NCBI GenBank assembly: GCA_039029275.1 | Contig: JBCCGL010000005.1 | Coordinates: 209,122-273,121, forward strand | Reading direction: 5' to 3' | Length of the DNA stretch: 64,000 bases | DNA from: Pseudomonadota bacterium | GTDB lineage: Bacteria > Pseudomonadota > Gammaproteobacteria > JBCCGL01 | Shown: one piece after another, positions 1-9,539 of the stretch | Layout: every line of letters begins with the position of its first letter | Numbering within the stretch: position 1 is the stretch's first letter | The notes under the pieces: model-generated | Told to the model about the DNA's origin: nothing | Databases searched by the model: none | The model's input: only the letters and a program-made list of their open reading frames with translations | Position numbers and translations under genes: made by a program

Positions 1-26
1 GTATTTCAACAGCCTGCTGCGTCCGT

Positions 27-455
27 CTATCCCGCTATATAGTGCTCCAAATGGTCAATCACGGTTTGCTGCTCGTCGATAATTGAGCGCACCAGCTCGC
101 CAAGAGAGACCAGACACACTAGCTGACCACCATCCATTATTGGCAGATGACGGATGTCTTTTTCCGTCATTAGCGCCATGCATTCGTCGATGGTGTTTTC
201 CGGCCGCCCACAAATAACGCGCGCAGACATAATTTCGCGCACCTGTGTGTCGTGCGCCGATTTGTCACTTAAGAGGACTTTACGCGCGCAATCGCGCTCT
301 GAGAGGATGCCGGCGAGCTTGCCATTTTCGAGCACCAGCAGCACGCCGATGTTCTTTTCTGCGAGCTGGCTTACCGCTGACTGTACCGAGTCGTCTGGGT
401 TAACCGACCAGATATCCCGGTGGTGATCCTGGATCAACTGTTTAATAGTCTTCAT
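27..455 (-). CDS. CBS-domain pair protein
   Basis: 142-aa ORF. The sequence pattern (…GVLLVLENGKLAGILSERD… and …DIRHLPIMDGGQLVCLVSLGELV…) is typical of tandem CBS domains. Confidence 0.7.
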   Translation of the reverse strand: MKTIKQLIQDHHRDIWSVNPDDSVQSAVSQLAEKNIGVLLVLENGKLAGILSERDCARKVLLSDKSAHDTQVREIMSARVICGRPENTIDECMALMTEKDIRHLPIMDGGQLVCLVSLGELVRSIIDEQQTVIDHLEHYIAG

Positions 456-521
456 TACAACCTCCTTATCTCGTCCTTGTTTTAACAGGAAATCCCTATT
501 CCTGCAAAATCCGACCGGCTG

Positions 522-1856
522 CTACTTGTCGCGCGGTTTGTCGGAATCCTCAGCCTTATCCTGCTGCGAGTCTTCGTCTAGCTCCTGTTTAATTCGCTCC
601 AGTTCAGTAGCAATTTCTTCTTCACTTAACGGTTCGACGATCCCGTCTTCGGCCAACTGATCGATTACGGCGTCTTCATTGACGGAGGAGGTATCGGCCT
701 CTGTACCGTCGTCTGACGCGTCCTCTTCACGGATTCGCGCGAGTTCTTCCTCTATCTCCTCGTCCAGCATAGCGTCGTCGCGCGTGTCGGTATCAATATC
801 CACGCCGGGATCTTGTTCATCGGTTTCTGCGGCGGGTCCTTCGTGCTCATGCCGATCGAGCTCAGCTTCCATTTCATCTTCGCTGAGCGGTTGATAAGGC
901 ACATCTGCCGCGTCGGCGTGCGAAGTATCGTCTGGATCAGAAGTGTCTTTTGCGGGCTTGGAATCAGCGTCGTCGAGGAACTCAAATTCATCCTCATCGT
1001 CGTCTTCTTCGTCATCATTCAGGACAACCGTGGCTGACTCTGGCGGCATGATCACAGGCTGGCTGGCCAGTGGCATCGTGCCATCTCCCGGCGTCGGCTT
1101 GGGCTTCTTTCGCAACATGATCCTGGAAAAAAGGATCCCGAATTCGAACAACAACCACATCGGCAGCGCTAAAAGCGTCTGCGAAATCACATCCGGTGGG
1201 GTCAGGAACATCCCGATTATGAAGGCGGCGACAATAAAGTACGGGCGTTTGCTGGCCAGCGACTCGGGTGTTGTAACGCCGATTGCGACCAGCAAAATGA
1301 CAGCAATCGGCACCTCGAAGGCGATTCCGAAAGCGAAAAACATCGTGATGATAAAGTCCAGATAGCTTGCGATATCCGGGCTGTAGGCGACACCTGTGGG
1401 CGTAGTGCCAACCATAAAACCAAACACCAGCGGCGCGACCACGTAGTACGAGAATGCCACCCCGATGTAAAACAGAAGGGTGCTGGATACCAGCAGCGGT
1501 ACAACAAGGCGCTTCTCGCTGCGGTAAAGCCCCGGCGCGATAAAACCCCAAATCTGAGAAAGCAGATACGGGACGGTGACAAAGACCGATGCGACGAGCA
1601 CCAGTTTCAAGGGTGTCAAAAACGGGGCAACGACACCTATTGACACCATCGTCGTGCCTTCGGGCAGACGATCACTCAGGGGGCCGGCAAAGAACGTGTA
1701 GACCTCGTTGGCAAACGGGAACAAACAGGCAAACGCTAAAATTATCGCCAGCACGCAGCGCAGCAGGCGATCACGAAGCTCGAATAAATGGGAGAGAAAA
1801 CCCTGTTCCTTGCCCTCGTCGTCGAGTTTTTCTTCGTCTTGCTCCGTTGTGCTCAT
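522..1856 (-). CDS. tatC: Sec-independent (twin-arginine) translocase subunit TatC with a long acidic C-terminal extension
   Basis: The first ~250 aa have the six-TM TatC pattern (FLSHLFELRDRLLRCV…, …LTPPDVISQ…) and the gene directly follows tatA-tatB. The C-terminal ~190 aa are extremely D/E-rich and low-complexity. Confidence 0.85.
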   Translation of the reverse strand: MSTTEQDEEKLDDEGKEQGFLSHLFELRDRLLRCVLAIILAFACLFPFANEVYTFFAGPLSDRLPEGTTMVSIGVVAPFLTPLKLVLVASVFVTVPYLLSQIWGFIAPGLYRSEKRLVVPLLVSSTLLFYIGVAFSYYVVAPLVFGFMVGTTPTGVAYSPDIASYLDFIITMFFAFGIAFEVPIAVILLVAIGVTTPESLASKRPYFIVAAFIIGMFLTPPDVISQTLLALPMWLLFEFGILFSRIMLRKKPKPTPGDGTMPLASQPVIMPPESATVVLNDDEEDDDEDEFEFLDDADSKPAKDTSDPDDTSHADAADVPYQPLSEDEMEAELDRHEHEGPAAETDEQDPGVDIDTDTRDDAMLDEEIEEELARIREEDASDDGTEADTSSVNEDAVIDQLAEDGIVEPLSEEEIATELERIKQELDEDSQQDKAEDSDKPRDK

Positions 1857-2278
1857 GCGGAGTTCTGTTTATCCGAATCTGCACTGTCATCGCGTGCGGC
1901 TGATTCCGATTTGGTTTTGGATTGCTCGACGACGGCCTCGGTGTGCTTGAGCGTTTCTTCGCGCGCTGCAGCCTGTTCAGCCCAGGACTTTTCCGCCAGC
2001 GTCATGGATTCGCGGGTTGAGGTTTCAACTTCGGCGCGCGTTTCGTTAACAACGCTCTGAAGTTCTTGAATTTGTTTTTTTTGCTCGCCGATGAGCTCGC
2101 GCAATTCACCTGATTCCATCTCGCGATTGATGTCGGATTTGACATTCGCAATCATGCGCTGCGCCTGACCAACCCAGCGACCCACCTTGCGCGCGACATC
2201 GGGCAGACGCTCCGGGCCAACCACGAGAAGCCCGACCACGGTGATCAGGCACATTTCCCAGAACCCAATGTCAAACAT
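1853..2278 (-). CDS. tatB: Sec-independent translocase subunit TatB
   Basis: N-terminus MFDIGFWEMCLITVVGLLVVGPERLP is the TatA/B family signature. The rest is a long amphipathic/charged tail. Position is between tatA and tatC. I chose the start at MFDIGF. Confidence 0.8.
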   Translation of the reverse strand: MFDIGFWEMCLITVVGLLVVGPERLPDVARKVGRWVGQAQRMIANVKSDINREMESGELRELIGEQKKQIQELQSVVNETRAEVETSTRESMTLAEKSWAEQAAAREETLKHTEAVVEQSKTKSESAARDDSADSDKQNSA

Positions 2279-2361
2279 GGGAGATATCACACATGGCTAA
2301 TATCAACATGGAATCGTCAAACGCCAGAGATTCCCGACAACGCGGTCGGGCAATCGTTGAA

Positions 2362-2580
2362 TCAGGCTTTGTCTTTTTCGGTTGATTCGGCGCTGGCTTC
2401 GCCGTCGATCACGCGCTCTTCAGTCGCGTCTTTGATTTGTTCCGGGTCTTCTTTGACGGACTGTTTGAAGCCTTTGACCGCTGCTCCCAGATCGCCGCCC
2501 AGATTTCGCAAGCGCTTGGCGCCAAACAGCAACAGCACGATTGCCAGAATAATCAAAAGTTGCCAAACACTGATTCCCAT
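2362..2580 (-). CDS. tatA: Sec-independent translocase subunit TatA
   Basis: [40 protein letters not shown] is the canonical TatA TM plus hinge. The ORF extends upstream, but the conserved start is at MGIS. Confidence 0.8.
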   Translation of the reverse strand: MGISVWQLLIILAIVLLLFGAKRLRNLGGDLGAAVKGFKQSVKEDPEQIKDATEERVIDGEASAESTEKDKA

Positions 2581-2611
2581 TAGGTCTCTCCAGTTTCTAT
2601 TCGTTGTGGTC

Positions 2612-2953
2612 TTACCGTTGGCGTGAGGCTTTTTCGTCCAGCCCCGAGCGGCCAAAGCGGCGTTCCAGTTCGGTTAAAACGGCGTCGGGCTTGAGCCCAC
2701 GCTCGCTTAGCATCACAAGCGTGTGAAACCACAAATCGGCGGTTTCACTGATTAATTTCGCGTCGTCTGCATTTTTGCCGGCGAGCACGGTTTCTACTGC
2801 TTCTTCACCCACCTTTTGTAAGATGCGGTCACGACCATTGGAATACAAGCTCGCAACATACGACGCATTCGGATCAGCGCCCTTGCGCTGTTCCAGTTCT
2901 ACCGCAATCGCTCGCAGTATATCGCTTGCAGTGCCACCCGTCATACTAGCCAT
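2612..2953 (-). CDS. hisE: phosphoribosyl-ATP pyrophosphatase
   Basis: Sequence …[29 protein letters not shown]…[15 protein letters not shown] matches the HisE family. The ATG overlaps the hisI stop (ATGGCTAG). Confidence 0.85.
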   Translation of the reverse strand: MASMTGGTASDILRAIAVELEQRKGADPNASYVASLYSNGRDRILQKVGEEAVETVLAGKNADDAKLISETADLWFHTLVMLSERGLKPDAVLTELERRFGRSGLDEKASRQR

Positions 2954-3332
2954 ACATCTCGTTAGGGTCTTTGAGCACCGGGTCGGTAACGCGCCACTCG
3001 CCGTCTTCCAGGCGCCTGTAGAGACAGCTCTCACGCCCTGTGTGGCAGGCAATGCCGCCGGTTTGCTCAACTTCAAGTAGCAGCACATCACCGTCGCAGT
3101 CAAGCCGGATCGAGCGGATTTTCTGCGTATTGCCAGACGATTCACCTTTATGCCACAACCTGCCGCGTGATCGAGACCAGTAAACCGCCTCACCGCGCTC
3201 GACCGTCAGCGCCAGTGACTCGCGATTCATCCACGCCATCATCAGAACTTTTCCGCTCGCAGCATCCTGCGCGATTGCCGCAACGAGACCGTCGTCGGTC
3301 CAGGTAATTTCGTCGAGAAAACTGGCGTTCAT
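2946..3332 (-). CDS. hisI: phosphoribosyl-AMP cyclohydrolase
   Basis: 128 aa. [11 protein letters not shown]…[20 protein letters not shown]…DCDGDVLLL matches HisI family motifs. Confidence 0.9.
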   Translation of the reverse strand: MNASFLDEITWTDDGLVAAIAQDAASGKVLMMAWMNRESLALTVERGEAVYWSRSRGRLWHKGESSGNTQKIRSIRLDCDGDVLLLEVEQTGGIACHTGRESCLYRRLEDGEWRVTDPVLKDPNEMYG

Positions 3333-3398
3333 GATTGTGGTTGCAGGGCTGCAGTCGGAACGGGCGCGAATTCTAGCACACAGACAAACTGCGTTATG

Positions 3399-4172
3399 CT
3401 AGAGGCGTACCTCAATGCCACGTGCACGCATGCGGTCCTTTGCCTCGCCGACTGTATATTCGCCAAAGTGGAAAATACTCGCTGCCAGAACCGCATCGGC
3501 GCCGCCGATCAGCACGCCGTCGCAGAGGTGATCGAGATTGCCGACACCGCCAGAGGCGATCACCGGAATCGACACCGCGTCGACGATTGCGCGCGTCAGT
3601 TCGAGGTTAAAGCCAATTTTGGTGCCGTCACGATCCATGCTCGTCAGCAGGATCTCGCCCGCGCCAAAGTCCGCCATTTTGCGCGCCCATTCGACCGCAT
3701 CGATACCGGTCGGCTTGCGCCCGCCGTGAGTGAAAATTTCAAAGCGCGGTGACTCACTATCGGCGTTGACCTGTTTGGCGTCGATAGCCACCACGATGCA
3801 CTGCGAGCCCACTTTGTCGCTGGCTTCACGCACAATTTCCGGCGTGAACACAGCGGCAGTGTTGATGCCAACCTTGTCGGCACCCGCATTGAGCATCGTG
3901 CGCACGTCTTCGACCTTGCGGATACCGCCGCCCACGGTGAGCGGAATAAACACCTGGTCGGCTACGCGTTCAACCACGTCGACCATCGTCGCGCGGTCGT
4001 CCGAGCTCGCGGTGATGTCGAGAAAGGTAATTTCATCGGCGCCCTCGGTGTTGTAGCGTTTGGCGATCTCGACGGGATCACCGGCGTCGCGGATATCGAC
4101 GAATTGCACGCCTTTAACGACGCGCCCGTTGTCGACGTCAAGGCACGGAATGATGCGTTTGGCCAATCCCAT
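3399..4172 (-). CDS. hisF: imidazole glycerol phosphate synthase cyclase subunit
   Basis: [24 protein letters not shown]… and …[12 protein letters not shown]… are HisF (TIM-barrel) hallmarks. The start is set at the conserved [13 protein letters not shown]. The upstream in-frame extension in the ORF track is probably not translated. Confidence 0.9.
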   Translation of the reverse strand: MGLAKRIIPCLDVDNGRVVKGVQFVDIRDAGDPVEIAKRYNTEGADEITFLDITASSDDRATMVDVVERVADQVFIPLTVGGGIRKVEDVRTMLNAGADKVGINTAAVFTPEIVREASDKVGSQCIVVAIDAKQVNADSESPRFEIFTHGGRKPTGIDAVEWARKMADFGAGEILLTSMDRDGTKIGFNLELTRAIVDAVSIPVIASGGVGNLDHLCDGVLIGGADAVLAASIFHFGEYTVGEAKDRMRARGIEVRL

Positions 4173-4185
4173 CAATACACCCCCA

Positions 4186-4935
4186 TCAGGCCAGGCCCTC
4201 GCCGAGCATATCGCCGACCAGTTGCTTGGCGTCGGCCAGGTCGATCGTGCCCTCGTACAATGCGCGGCCGATAATCGCGCCACTGATCCCGTCTCCCGCG
4301 ACTTCGCACAGATTTTCAATATCGTCGAGGTTAGTAACCCCGCCAGAGGCGATGACGGGTATGTCAATCGCGCGCGCCAGTGCAGAGGTTGCCTCGACGT
4401 TAACGCCCTGCATCATGCCGTCTCGGGCGATATCGGTGTATACGATGGCCGCCACACCTGCACCCTGAAAGCGCTGCGCGAGGTCTATCGCATCGATATC
4501 GCTGCCCTCGGCCCAGCCTTCGACCGCGACCTTGCCGTCGCGCGCATCCAGCCCGACAATGACCTTGTCAGCAAAGCTTGCGCAGAGGCGCTCGACGAAC
4601 TCCGGCTCGCGTACCGCTTGCGTGCCAATGATGACGTATGAAACACCGGCGTCGATGTAGCTCGCCGCGATCTCTTCGTTGCGGATGCCACCCCCAATCT
4701 GCAGCGGCAAAGCCGGATGCTGCTCGCGAATGGCGCGCACGATTTGAGCGTTTTTCGGCTCTCCGGCAAACGCGCCGTCGAGATCAACTAGGTGCAAGCG
4801 TCGCGCGCCTTCGTCCACCCAACGCCCGGCGACGCTGACGGGATCGTCCGAAAAAACGGTGTCATCGTCCATACGTCCCTGGCGCAGACGAACGCACTTG
4901 CCTTCTTTTAAATCAATTGCGGGTATCAGCAGCAT
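4186..4935 (-). CDS. hisA: ProFAR isomerase (1-(5-phosphoribosyl)-5-[(5-phosphoribosylamino)methylideneamino]imidazole-4-carboxamide isomerase)
   Basis: [17 protein letters not shown]…VDLDGAF…IGGGIR…ASGGV are HisA hallmarks. The start is taken at [10 protein letters not shown] (the ORF allows 4956). Confidence 0.85.
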   Translation of the reverse strand: MLLIPAIDLKEGKCVRLRQGRMDDDTVFSDDPVSVAGRWVDEGARRLHLVDLDGAFAGEPKNAQIVRAIREQHPALPLQIGGGIRNEEIAASYIDAGVSYVIIGTQAVREPEFVERLCASFADKVIVGLDARDGKVAVEGWAEGSDIDAIDLAQRFQGAGVAAIVYTDIARDGMMQGVNVEATSALARAIDIPVIASGGVTNLDDIENLCEVAGDGISGAIIGRALYEGTIDLADAKQLVGDMLGEGLA

Positions 4936-5076
4936 TTTTTGTTCCGTTACTCCCACTCAATCAGGAGATTTAATATCTCTTTTCAAATGAATTATCGCCA
5001 ATGCCGCATCGCTCCGGGAATAATCCAAAAAAAATTAGTGGTAAGCCGTTCAGGCAAGGCCCGAGTTTTTCGAAAG

Positions 5077-5152
5077 GCGCAGTTTACACGCAGTAAATGA
5101 GCACTTGAGCAATGCGAGAACAGCGCGTGAGCGGCTTGGATCAATTTTTAAA
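5077..5152. repeat. copy A of a dispersed ~27-nt motif (GCGCAGTTTACACGCAGTAAATGAGCA…GGATCAATTTTTAA)
   Basis: Matches a second locus at 28585-28629 at 26 of 27 positions, with a shared tail GATCAATTTTTAA. It contains the TTTAC-N5-GTAAA inverted half-sites. A 34-nt insertion separates the core and the tail here. Confidence 0.6.
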
Positions 5153-5651
5153 ATTTTTTTTCAAACCACTCAGTGTCGACATAACGACCAAATTTGAAAC
5201 CTACCTCGCTCAACACGTGCAAGGGTTTAAATCCAAATTTTATATGCAGCGCGCGCGACGCGTCGTTGGGCAATCCCAACACCCCGTAGGCGCGGTGCAC
5301 ATTCTCACCTTCGAGCGTTGTTAGCAGTTCGCCATATAGCAGACCGCCAATGCCTTCGCCGAAGACGTCGGGCGACAAATAAATCGTGGTCTCGACCGAC
5401 TCGGCATACGCAGGCTTGGCGCGAAATTTAGTGCTCCCCGCGTACCCGACAACCGCGCCCTCGCGCTCTGCAACAAACAATCGGTGCGGCCCGCTTTCGC
5501 TGAACTGATCGAACCAACCCTGCCGTTCCTGCGGCTCGAAGACGTCAACGTCAAAAGTGATGATGGTGTGCTGCACATAATAATTGTAGATATCCGTCAG
5601 CGCGGACAGATCGCTTTGACGTGCCGCGCGAATCAGTACTCGCCGTTCCAT
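5148..5651 (-). CDS. GNAT-family N-acetyltransferase (phosphinothricin/aminoacid acetyltransferase-like)
   Basis: 167-aa product MERRVLIRAARQSDLSALTDIYNYYV…AVVGYAG… has a GNAT fold pattern. Its ATG lies 19 nt inside the 3' end of hisH, in another frame. Confidence 0.7.
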   Translation of the reverse strand: MERRVLIRAARQSDLSALTDIYNYYVQHTIITFDVDVFEPQERQGWFDQFSESGPHRLFVAEREGAVVGYAGSTKFRAKPAYAESVETTIYLSPDVFGEGIGGLLYGELLTTLEGENVHRAYGVLGLPNDASRALHIKFGFKPLHVLSEVGFKFGRYVDTEWFEKKF

Positions 5652-6289
5652 TGCACAAAATTTCGCAGCAGTTGCAGTCCGTTGTCGGCGCTTTTTTCCG
5701 GATGAAACTGGCAGGCGAACACATTGTCTTGCGCGACTGCGCAGGTAAAACCATGGCCATAGTGACTGCGACCGACCGCGAGCATGTGATCTTGCGGATC
5801 GACGTAATAGCTGTTGCAGTAATAAAAGCGCGCGCCCTCGTCGATACCATTCCACAACGGGTGCTGGCTATCGGCCTGCCACACCTGGTTCCAGCCCATT
5901 TGCGGCACGGACAAACGCGCGTTGGTCTCAGCATCGCGCATATCGGTTTCAAACGCGTGCACGCCGCCGCGAATCAGGCCGAGGCAATCGACGCCGTCGT
6001 TTTCATCGCTGCGATCAAATAACACCTGCAAACCCATGCAAATGCCAAGAAAGGGTTTGTCGACGTAAGCCTGGCGAATCGCCTCGATCACATCGTGCGC
6101 GCGCAACTGCGCCATACAATCGCGCGCCGCACCCTGCCCGGGAAATACCACCCGATCCGCCTTTTGAATATCTGCGTTGTCGTTGGTTACGAGAACCCTG
6201 GCTTTGTCAGACACGTGCTCGATCGCCTTGGCAACCGAGCGCAGATTACCCATGCCGTAGTCGACCACGGCAATCGTCTGCGCGCTCAC
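5633..6289 (-). CDS. hisH: imidazole glycerol phosphate synthase glutamine amidotransferase subunit
   Basis: IAVVDYGMGNLRSV…GICMGLQVL…FHPEKS is the class-I GATase triad motif set of HisH. Confidence 0.9.
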   Translation of the reverse strand: MSAQTIAVVDYGMGNLRSVAKAIEHVSDKARVLVTNDNADIQKADRVVFPGQGAARDCMAQLRAHDVIEAIRQAYVDKPFLGICMGLQVLFDRSDENDGVDCLGLIRGGVHAFETDMRDAETNARLSVPQMGWNQVWQADSQHPLWNGIDEGARFYYCNSYYVDPQDHMLAVGRSHYGHGFTCAVAQDNVFACQFHPEKSADNGLQLLRNFVQWNGEY

Positions 6290-6292
6290 GGC

Positions 6293-6886
6293 TTACAACA
6301 CACCTTTTGTGGAAGGCATCTTTCCCGCCATCCGCGCATCGGGCGTAATCGCCATTCGCACGGCGCGACCAAACGCCTTGAACACGGTTTCGATCTTGTG
6401 ATGCTCGTTGTGACCGCGCAGGTTGTCGATGTGCAGTGTGGCTTGCGCGTGGTTAACAAACCCCTGAAAAAACTCGTAGAACAGATCAACGTCAAAGCTA
6501 CCCACGCGCGGGCGCACAAAGTTGATTCCATACTCCAGGCCGGAGCGACCGGAGAAGTCGATCACTACGCGCGAGAGTGCCTCATCCAATGGTACGTAAG
6601 CGTGGCCGTAACGCGCGATGCCCTTTTTGTCTCCCAGTGCCTGCGCAAATGCCTGCCCGAGAGTGATGCCGATGTCCTCGACAGAGTGATGGTCGTCGAT
6701 GTGTGTATCGCCGTTGCAGGTGATGTCGAGATCGATCATGCCGTGTCGCGCGATCTGATCCATCATGTGTTCTAAAAACGGCACGCCTGTGTTGAAGCTG
6801 GTTTTACCATCTCCGTCGAGGTTAATACTGACGGCGATCTGGGTTTCCTGCGTGTCGCGGCTTACCGAGGCCGTGCGGGCTGTCAT
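6293..6886 (-). CDS. hisB: imidazoleglycerol-phosphate dehydratase
   Basis: …[17 protein letters not shown]… and DxHHxxED-type motifs ([11 protein letters not shown]) match the IGPD family. The start is set at MTARTAS. Confidence 0.85.
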   Translation of the reverse strand: MTARTASVSRDTQETQIAVSINLDGDGKTSFNTGVPFLEHMMDQIARHGMIDLDITCNGDTHIDDHHSVEDIGITLGQAFAQALGDKKGIARYGHAYVPLDEALSRVVIDFSGRSGLEYGINFVRPRVGSFDVDLFYEFFQGFVNHAQATLHIDNLRGHNEHHKIETVFKAFGRAVRMAITPDARMAGKMPSTKGVL

Positions 6887-7128
6887 GTCTGCGCTTCCGG
6901 GGCTTGCGTTGTTTGGGGCGCGCAAGGATACACCGGAACACGGTTTAAGTCAGGTCGCGAATGCGCTCGGGCCACCGGTTCCACGCCGGCAAATCGAGTG
7001 GCGTAACCGTTCTACGAAACCCGGAAGTCCGTGTGATCAGGGCTCGGAGGGCGTAAGAAACCGGCAATTTCGTAAAAATTCGCATTAATCATCTGAATTT
7101 ACGCGTTAGAATTTGTGCTCGGTATTGA

Positions 7129-9447
7129 ATGTCGGGCAATTCGATGGATCCGGAAAGACACTTTAACGCGCTGAAGCAAAACGAAATGCTGCACTGGTAC
7201 GAGATTAAGTCCATCCTCGGCCAAGGCGGATTCGGCATTACTTATTTGGCCCGAGACACTAATCTCGACCAAATGGTCGCGATCAAGGAGTACTTGCCCA
7301 CCGAATTCTCGACGCGTGATGTAGAAAACACAGTTCAGCCCATTTCACAGAACCACACTCAGATTTTCGACTGGGGCAAAAAGCGCTTCCTTGATGAGGC
7401 TAAAACCCTCGCCCAGTTTCGCCATCCAAACGTTGTGCGAGTCAGCAGCTTTTTCGAAAATAACAATACCGGCTACATGGTCATGGACTACGAAGAAGGC
7501 ACGGATCTTTCCGTGCTCATCAAAGCCGGCGAAAAATTCAATGAAGAGCGCCTGCTTGGCATATTGCTTCCGATTCTTGATGGTTTGGAACAAATTCACT
7601 CGCAGGGGTTTATTCACCGGGATATCAAACCGGCGAACATCTTTCTGCGCAATGACGGTAGTCCGGTTTTAATCGACTTTGGCTCCGCGCGACAGTCTGT
7701 GGGCGGCCAAACACGCACGATGACCAGCCTGGTGACGCCGGGCTACGCACCGTTTGAACAGTACCATGACGCCGAGGGCAAACAGGGACCGTGGACGGAC
7801 ATCTATTCGCTCGGGGCGAGCTGCTGCGCGCTGATAACCGGTAAGCCGCCAACCGACGCGCTAAAACGAAGCATGGCGAAGCTCGATCACGGCACCGATA
7901 TCTACGTCGATTTGGTCGATCTCTATGAAGGCAAATACTCCCAACACGTACTTAGAGCTATCGACTATGCGCTCGAATTCCGCGAATCCGATCGTCCGCA
8001 GTCGATCAAGGACTGGCGGCCGATTCTGCTTGGCGAAGTAGCCGCACCCGCAGCCGAACCTGTCACGCAAATCAACACGTCACCGTCGGCCGCCACACAG
8101 ATCGTCACACCAATCGACTCGCAGACTGCCCCCACCGCACCAACCGTCTCTGAATCTCGAACACGACCAGAACCGGTCAAAATCACACCGACCCCAGAGG
8201 CTGCCGAAGCCGCGCCAGCTGCAGAAAAGAAAGGGACCACGAATTTACTGCTTATCGCTGTCGCGGTTTTGTTGCTCGTCGTCATAGGGGGCGGCGTTTT
8301 TATAATGCAATCGGGCGCACCAACACCCGTCGAGCAGGCACAGAACGGGACCAACACGTCTCCTGAACAAACATTGATACAACCTGAAACTCAGCCTGAG
8401 GATGAGCTTACAGTCGCGAATGTTCAGCAATCTACGGACACGCAGACTTCTGAAACGACAGAGGAACCTGAGACTCCCGCCACTTCGCAAGAACAGACCG
8501 AGGATGTGACTCAAAAAGCCGCAGCCGAAGAGGAAGCGAATAAACTTGCGGAAGCAAAACGACTGCAGGAAGAACAGGCTAATCAGGCAGCGCTGAAAAA
8601 AGAACAAGAACGCATAGCCGCTGAAAAGAAAAAACTCGCCGAGGAACAAGCTCAACTGGCCGCCGCCAAAAAGAAACAGGCCGAAGAACAAGCCCAATTG
8701 GCCGCCGCTAAAAAGAAACAAGCTGAAGAGGAGGCGAAAAAGCAGGAAGCTGCCAGACTCGCTAAACTAAAAGCTGAAGAAGAAAAGAAAGCGCAAGAAG
8801 CGGCCGCCGCGAAGCAACAAGCCTCCAAAAAACCGGCGGACTTTCGCGGTACCTATATCCCGGACGAAGGTTTTGAGGCAGTAGTACTCAACCAAAACGG
8901 CGATGTTGTCAGAGGAACTATCGGCACCGAGGGTTCAACGCTGGAAGGCAAAGTTGTCGGCAATAAACTCACCTTTTCTTTTCTCTATTCACTCACGGGC
9001 TACGGCCACAAACCAGGAACCGGCGAGTTCACGCTCGACAGCTCCGGGCGTCTGTCAGGTTTTCGAAGCGAGGGAGGGTTTGATTACAACACCCCCTGGA
9101 ACCTCACACGAAATTCATCCGCAAAAACCAAGTCGGCAGATTCCAGCCTGTTCAAAAACCTGTCCGGAACCTATAAACCGGACGAAGGATTTGAGTATCT
9201 CGTGCTCAAACAAACCGGCAATAAAATTAAAGGGGAAATCGGTACCGAAGGCAGTACCTTAAGCGGCGAACGAAACGGCAATGTCATCACCTTTAAAATG
9301 CAATACTCTAAGACAGGCTATGGCCACAAACCGGGCTTTGGTGAATTCTCTATCAGCGCTGACGGTAAAAGGTTGACAGGGAAACGCAGTAAAGCGGGCT
9401 TTGCGGATAACAGTCCGTGGAACTTGACACGCATTATCGAAAACTGA
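7129..9447 (+). CDS. membrane-anchored Hanks-type serine/threonine protein kinase with coiled-coil region and duplicated C-terminal domain
   Basis: N-terminal kinase motifs are GQGGFGITY, AIKEY, HRDIKPANIF, DFGSA and APFEQ. One hydrophobic TM segment (LLLIAVAVLLLVVIGGGVFI) follows, then a T/E/Q-rich linker and a KAEEQ-type coiled coil. Two ~95-aa direct repeats (Y[IK]PDEGFE…YGHKPG[TF]GEF…PWNLTR) end the protein. Confidence 0.85.
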   Translation: MSGNSMDPERHFNALKQNEMLHWYEIKSILGQGGFGITYLARDTNLDQMVAIKEYLPTEFSTRDVENTVQPISQNHTQIFDWGKKRFLDEAKTLAQFRHPNVVRVSSFFENNNTGYMVMDYEEGTDLSVLIKAGEKFNEERLLGILLPILDGLEQIHSQGFIHRDIKPANIFLRNDGSPVLIDFGSARQSVGGQTRTMTSLVTPGYAPFEQYHDAEGKQGPWTDIYSLGASCCALITGKPPTDALKRSMAKLDHGTDIYVDLVDLYEGKYSQHVLRAIDYALEFRESDRPQSIKDWRPILLGEVAAPAAEPVTQINTSPSAATQIVTPIDSQTAPTAPTVSESRTRPEPVKITPTPEAAEAAPAAEKKGTTNLLLIAVAVLLLVVIGGGVFIMQSGAPTPVEQAQNGTNTSPEQTLIQPETQPEDELTVANVQQSTDTQTSETTEEPETPATSQEQTEDVTQKAAAEEEANKLAEAKRLQEEQANQAALKKEQERIAAEKKKLAEEQAQLAAAKKKQAEEQAQLAAAKKKQAEEEAKKQEAARLAKLKAEEEKKAQEAAAAKQQASKKPADFRGTYIPDEGFEAVVLNQNGDVVRGTIGTEGSTLEGKVVGNKLTFSFLYSLTGYGHKPGTGEFTLDSSGRLSGFRSEGGFDYNTPWNLTRNSSAKTKSADSSLFKNLSGTYKPDEGFEYLVLKQTGNKIKGEIGTEGSTLSGERNGNVITFKMQYSKTGYGHKPGFGEFSISADGKRLTGKRSKAGFADNSPWNLTRIIEN
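8641..8724 (+). repeat. 2 x 42-nt near-perfect in-frame tandem repeat (EEQAQLAAAKKKQA) inside the kinase CDS
   Basis: GAGGAACAAGCTCAACTGGCCGCCGCCAAAAAGAAACAGGCC is followed immediately by GAAGAACAAGCCCAATTGGCCGCCGCTAAAAAGAAACAAGCT. Confidence 0.8.
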
Positions 9448-9539
9448 CCCGCACCGCGGTGTCCGGCACGACTTGGAGCACCGCTCAAAACCACAGGCAG
9501 TTTCCGGTTTTTACGTCAATTGTCGTTCAGCTTTCCGGC

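Noticed and set aside
679-1582. Multiple ORFs (71-178 aa) in other frames and on the plus strand within tatC
   Set aside because: They are Ser/Arg-rich low-complexity translations of the antisense or out-of-frame acidic-tail region of tatC. Artefacts of the biased composition.
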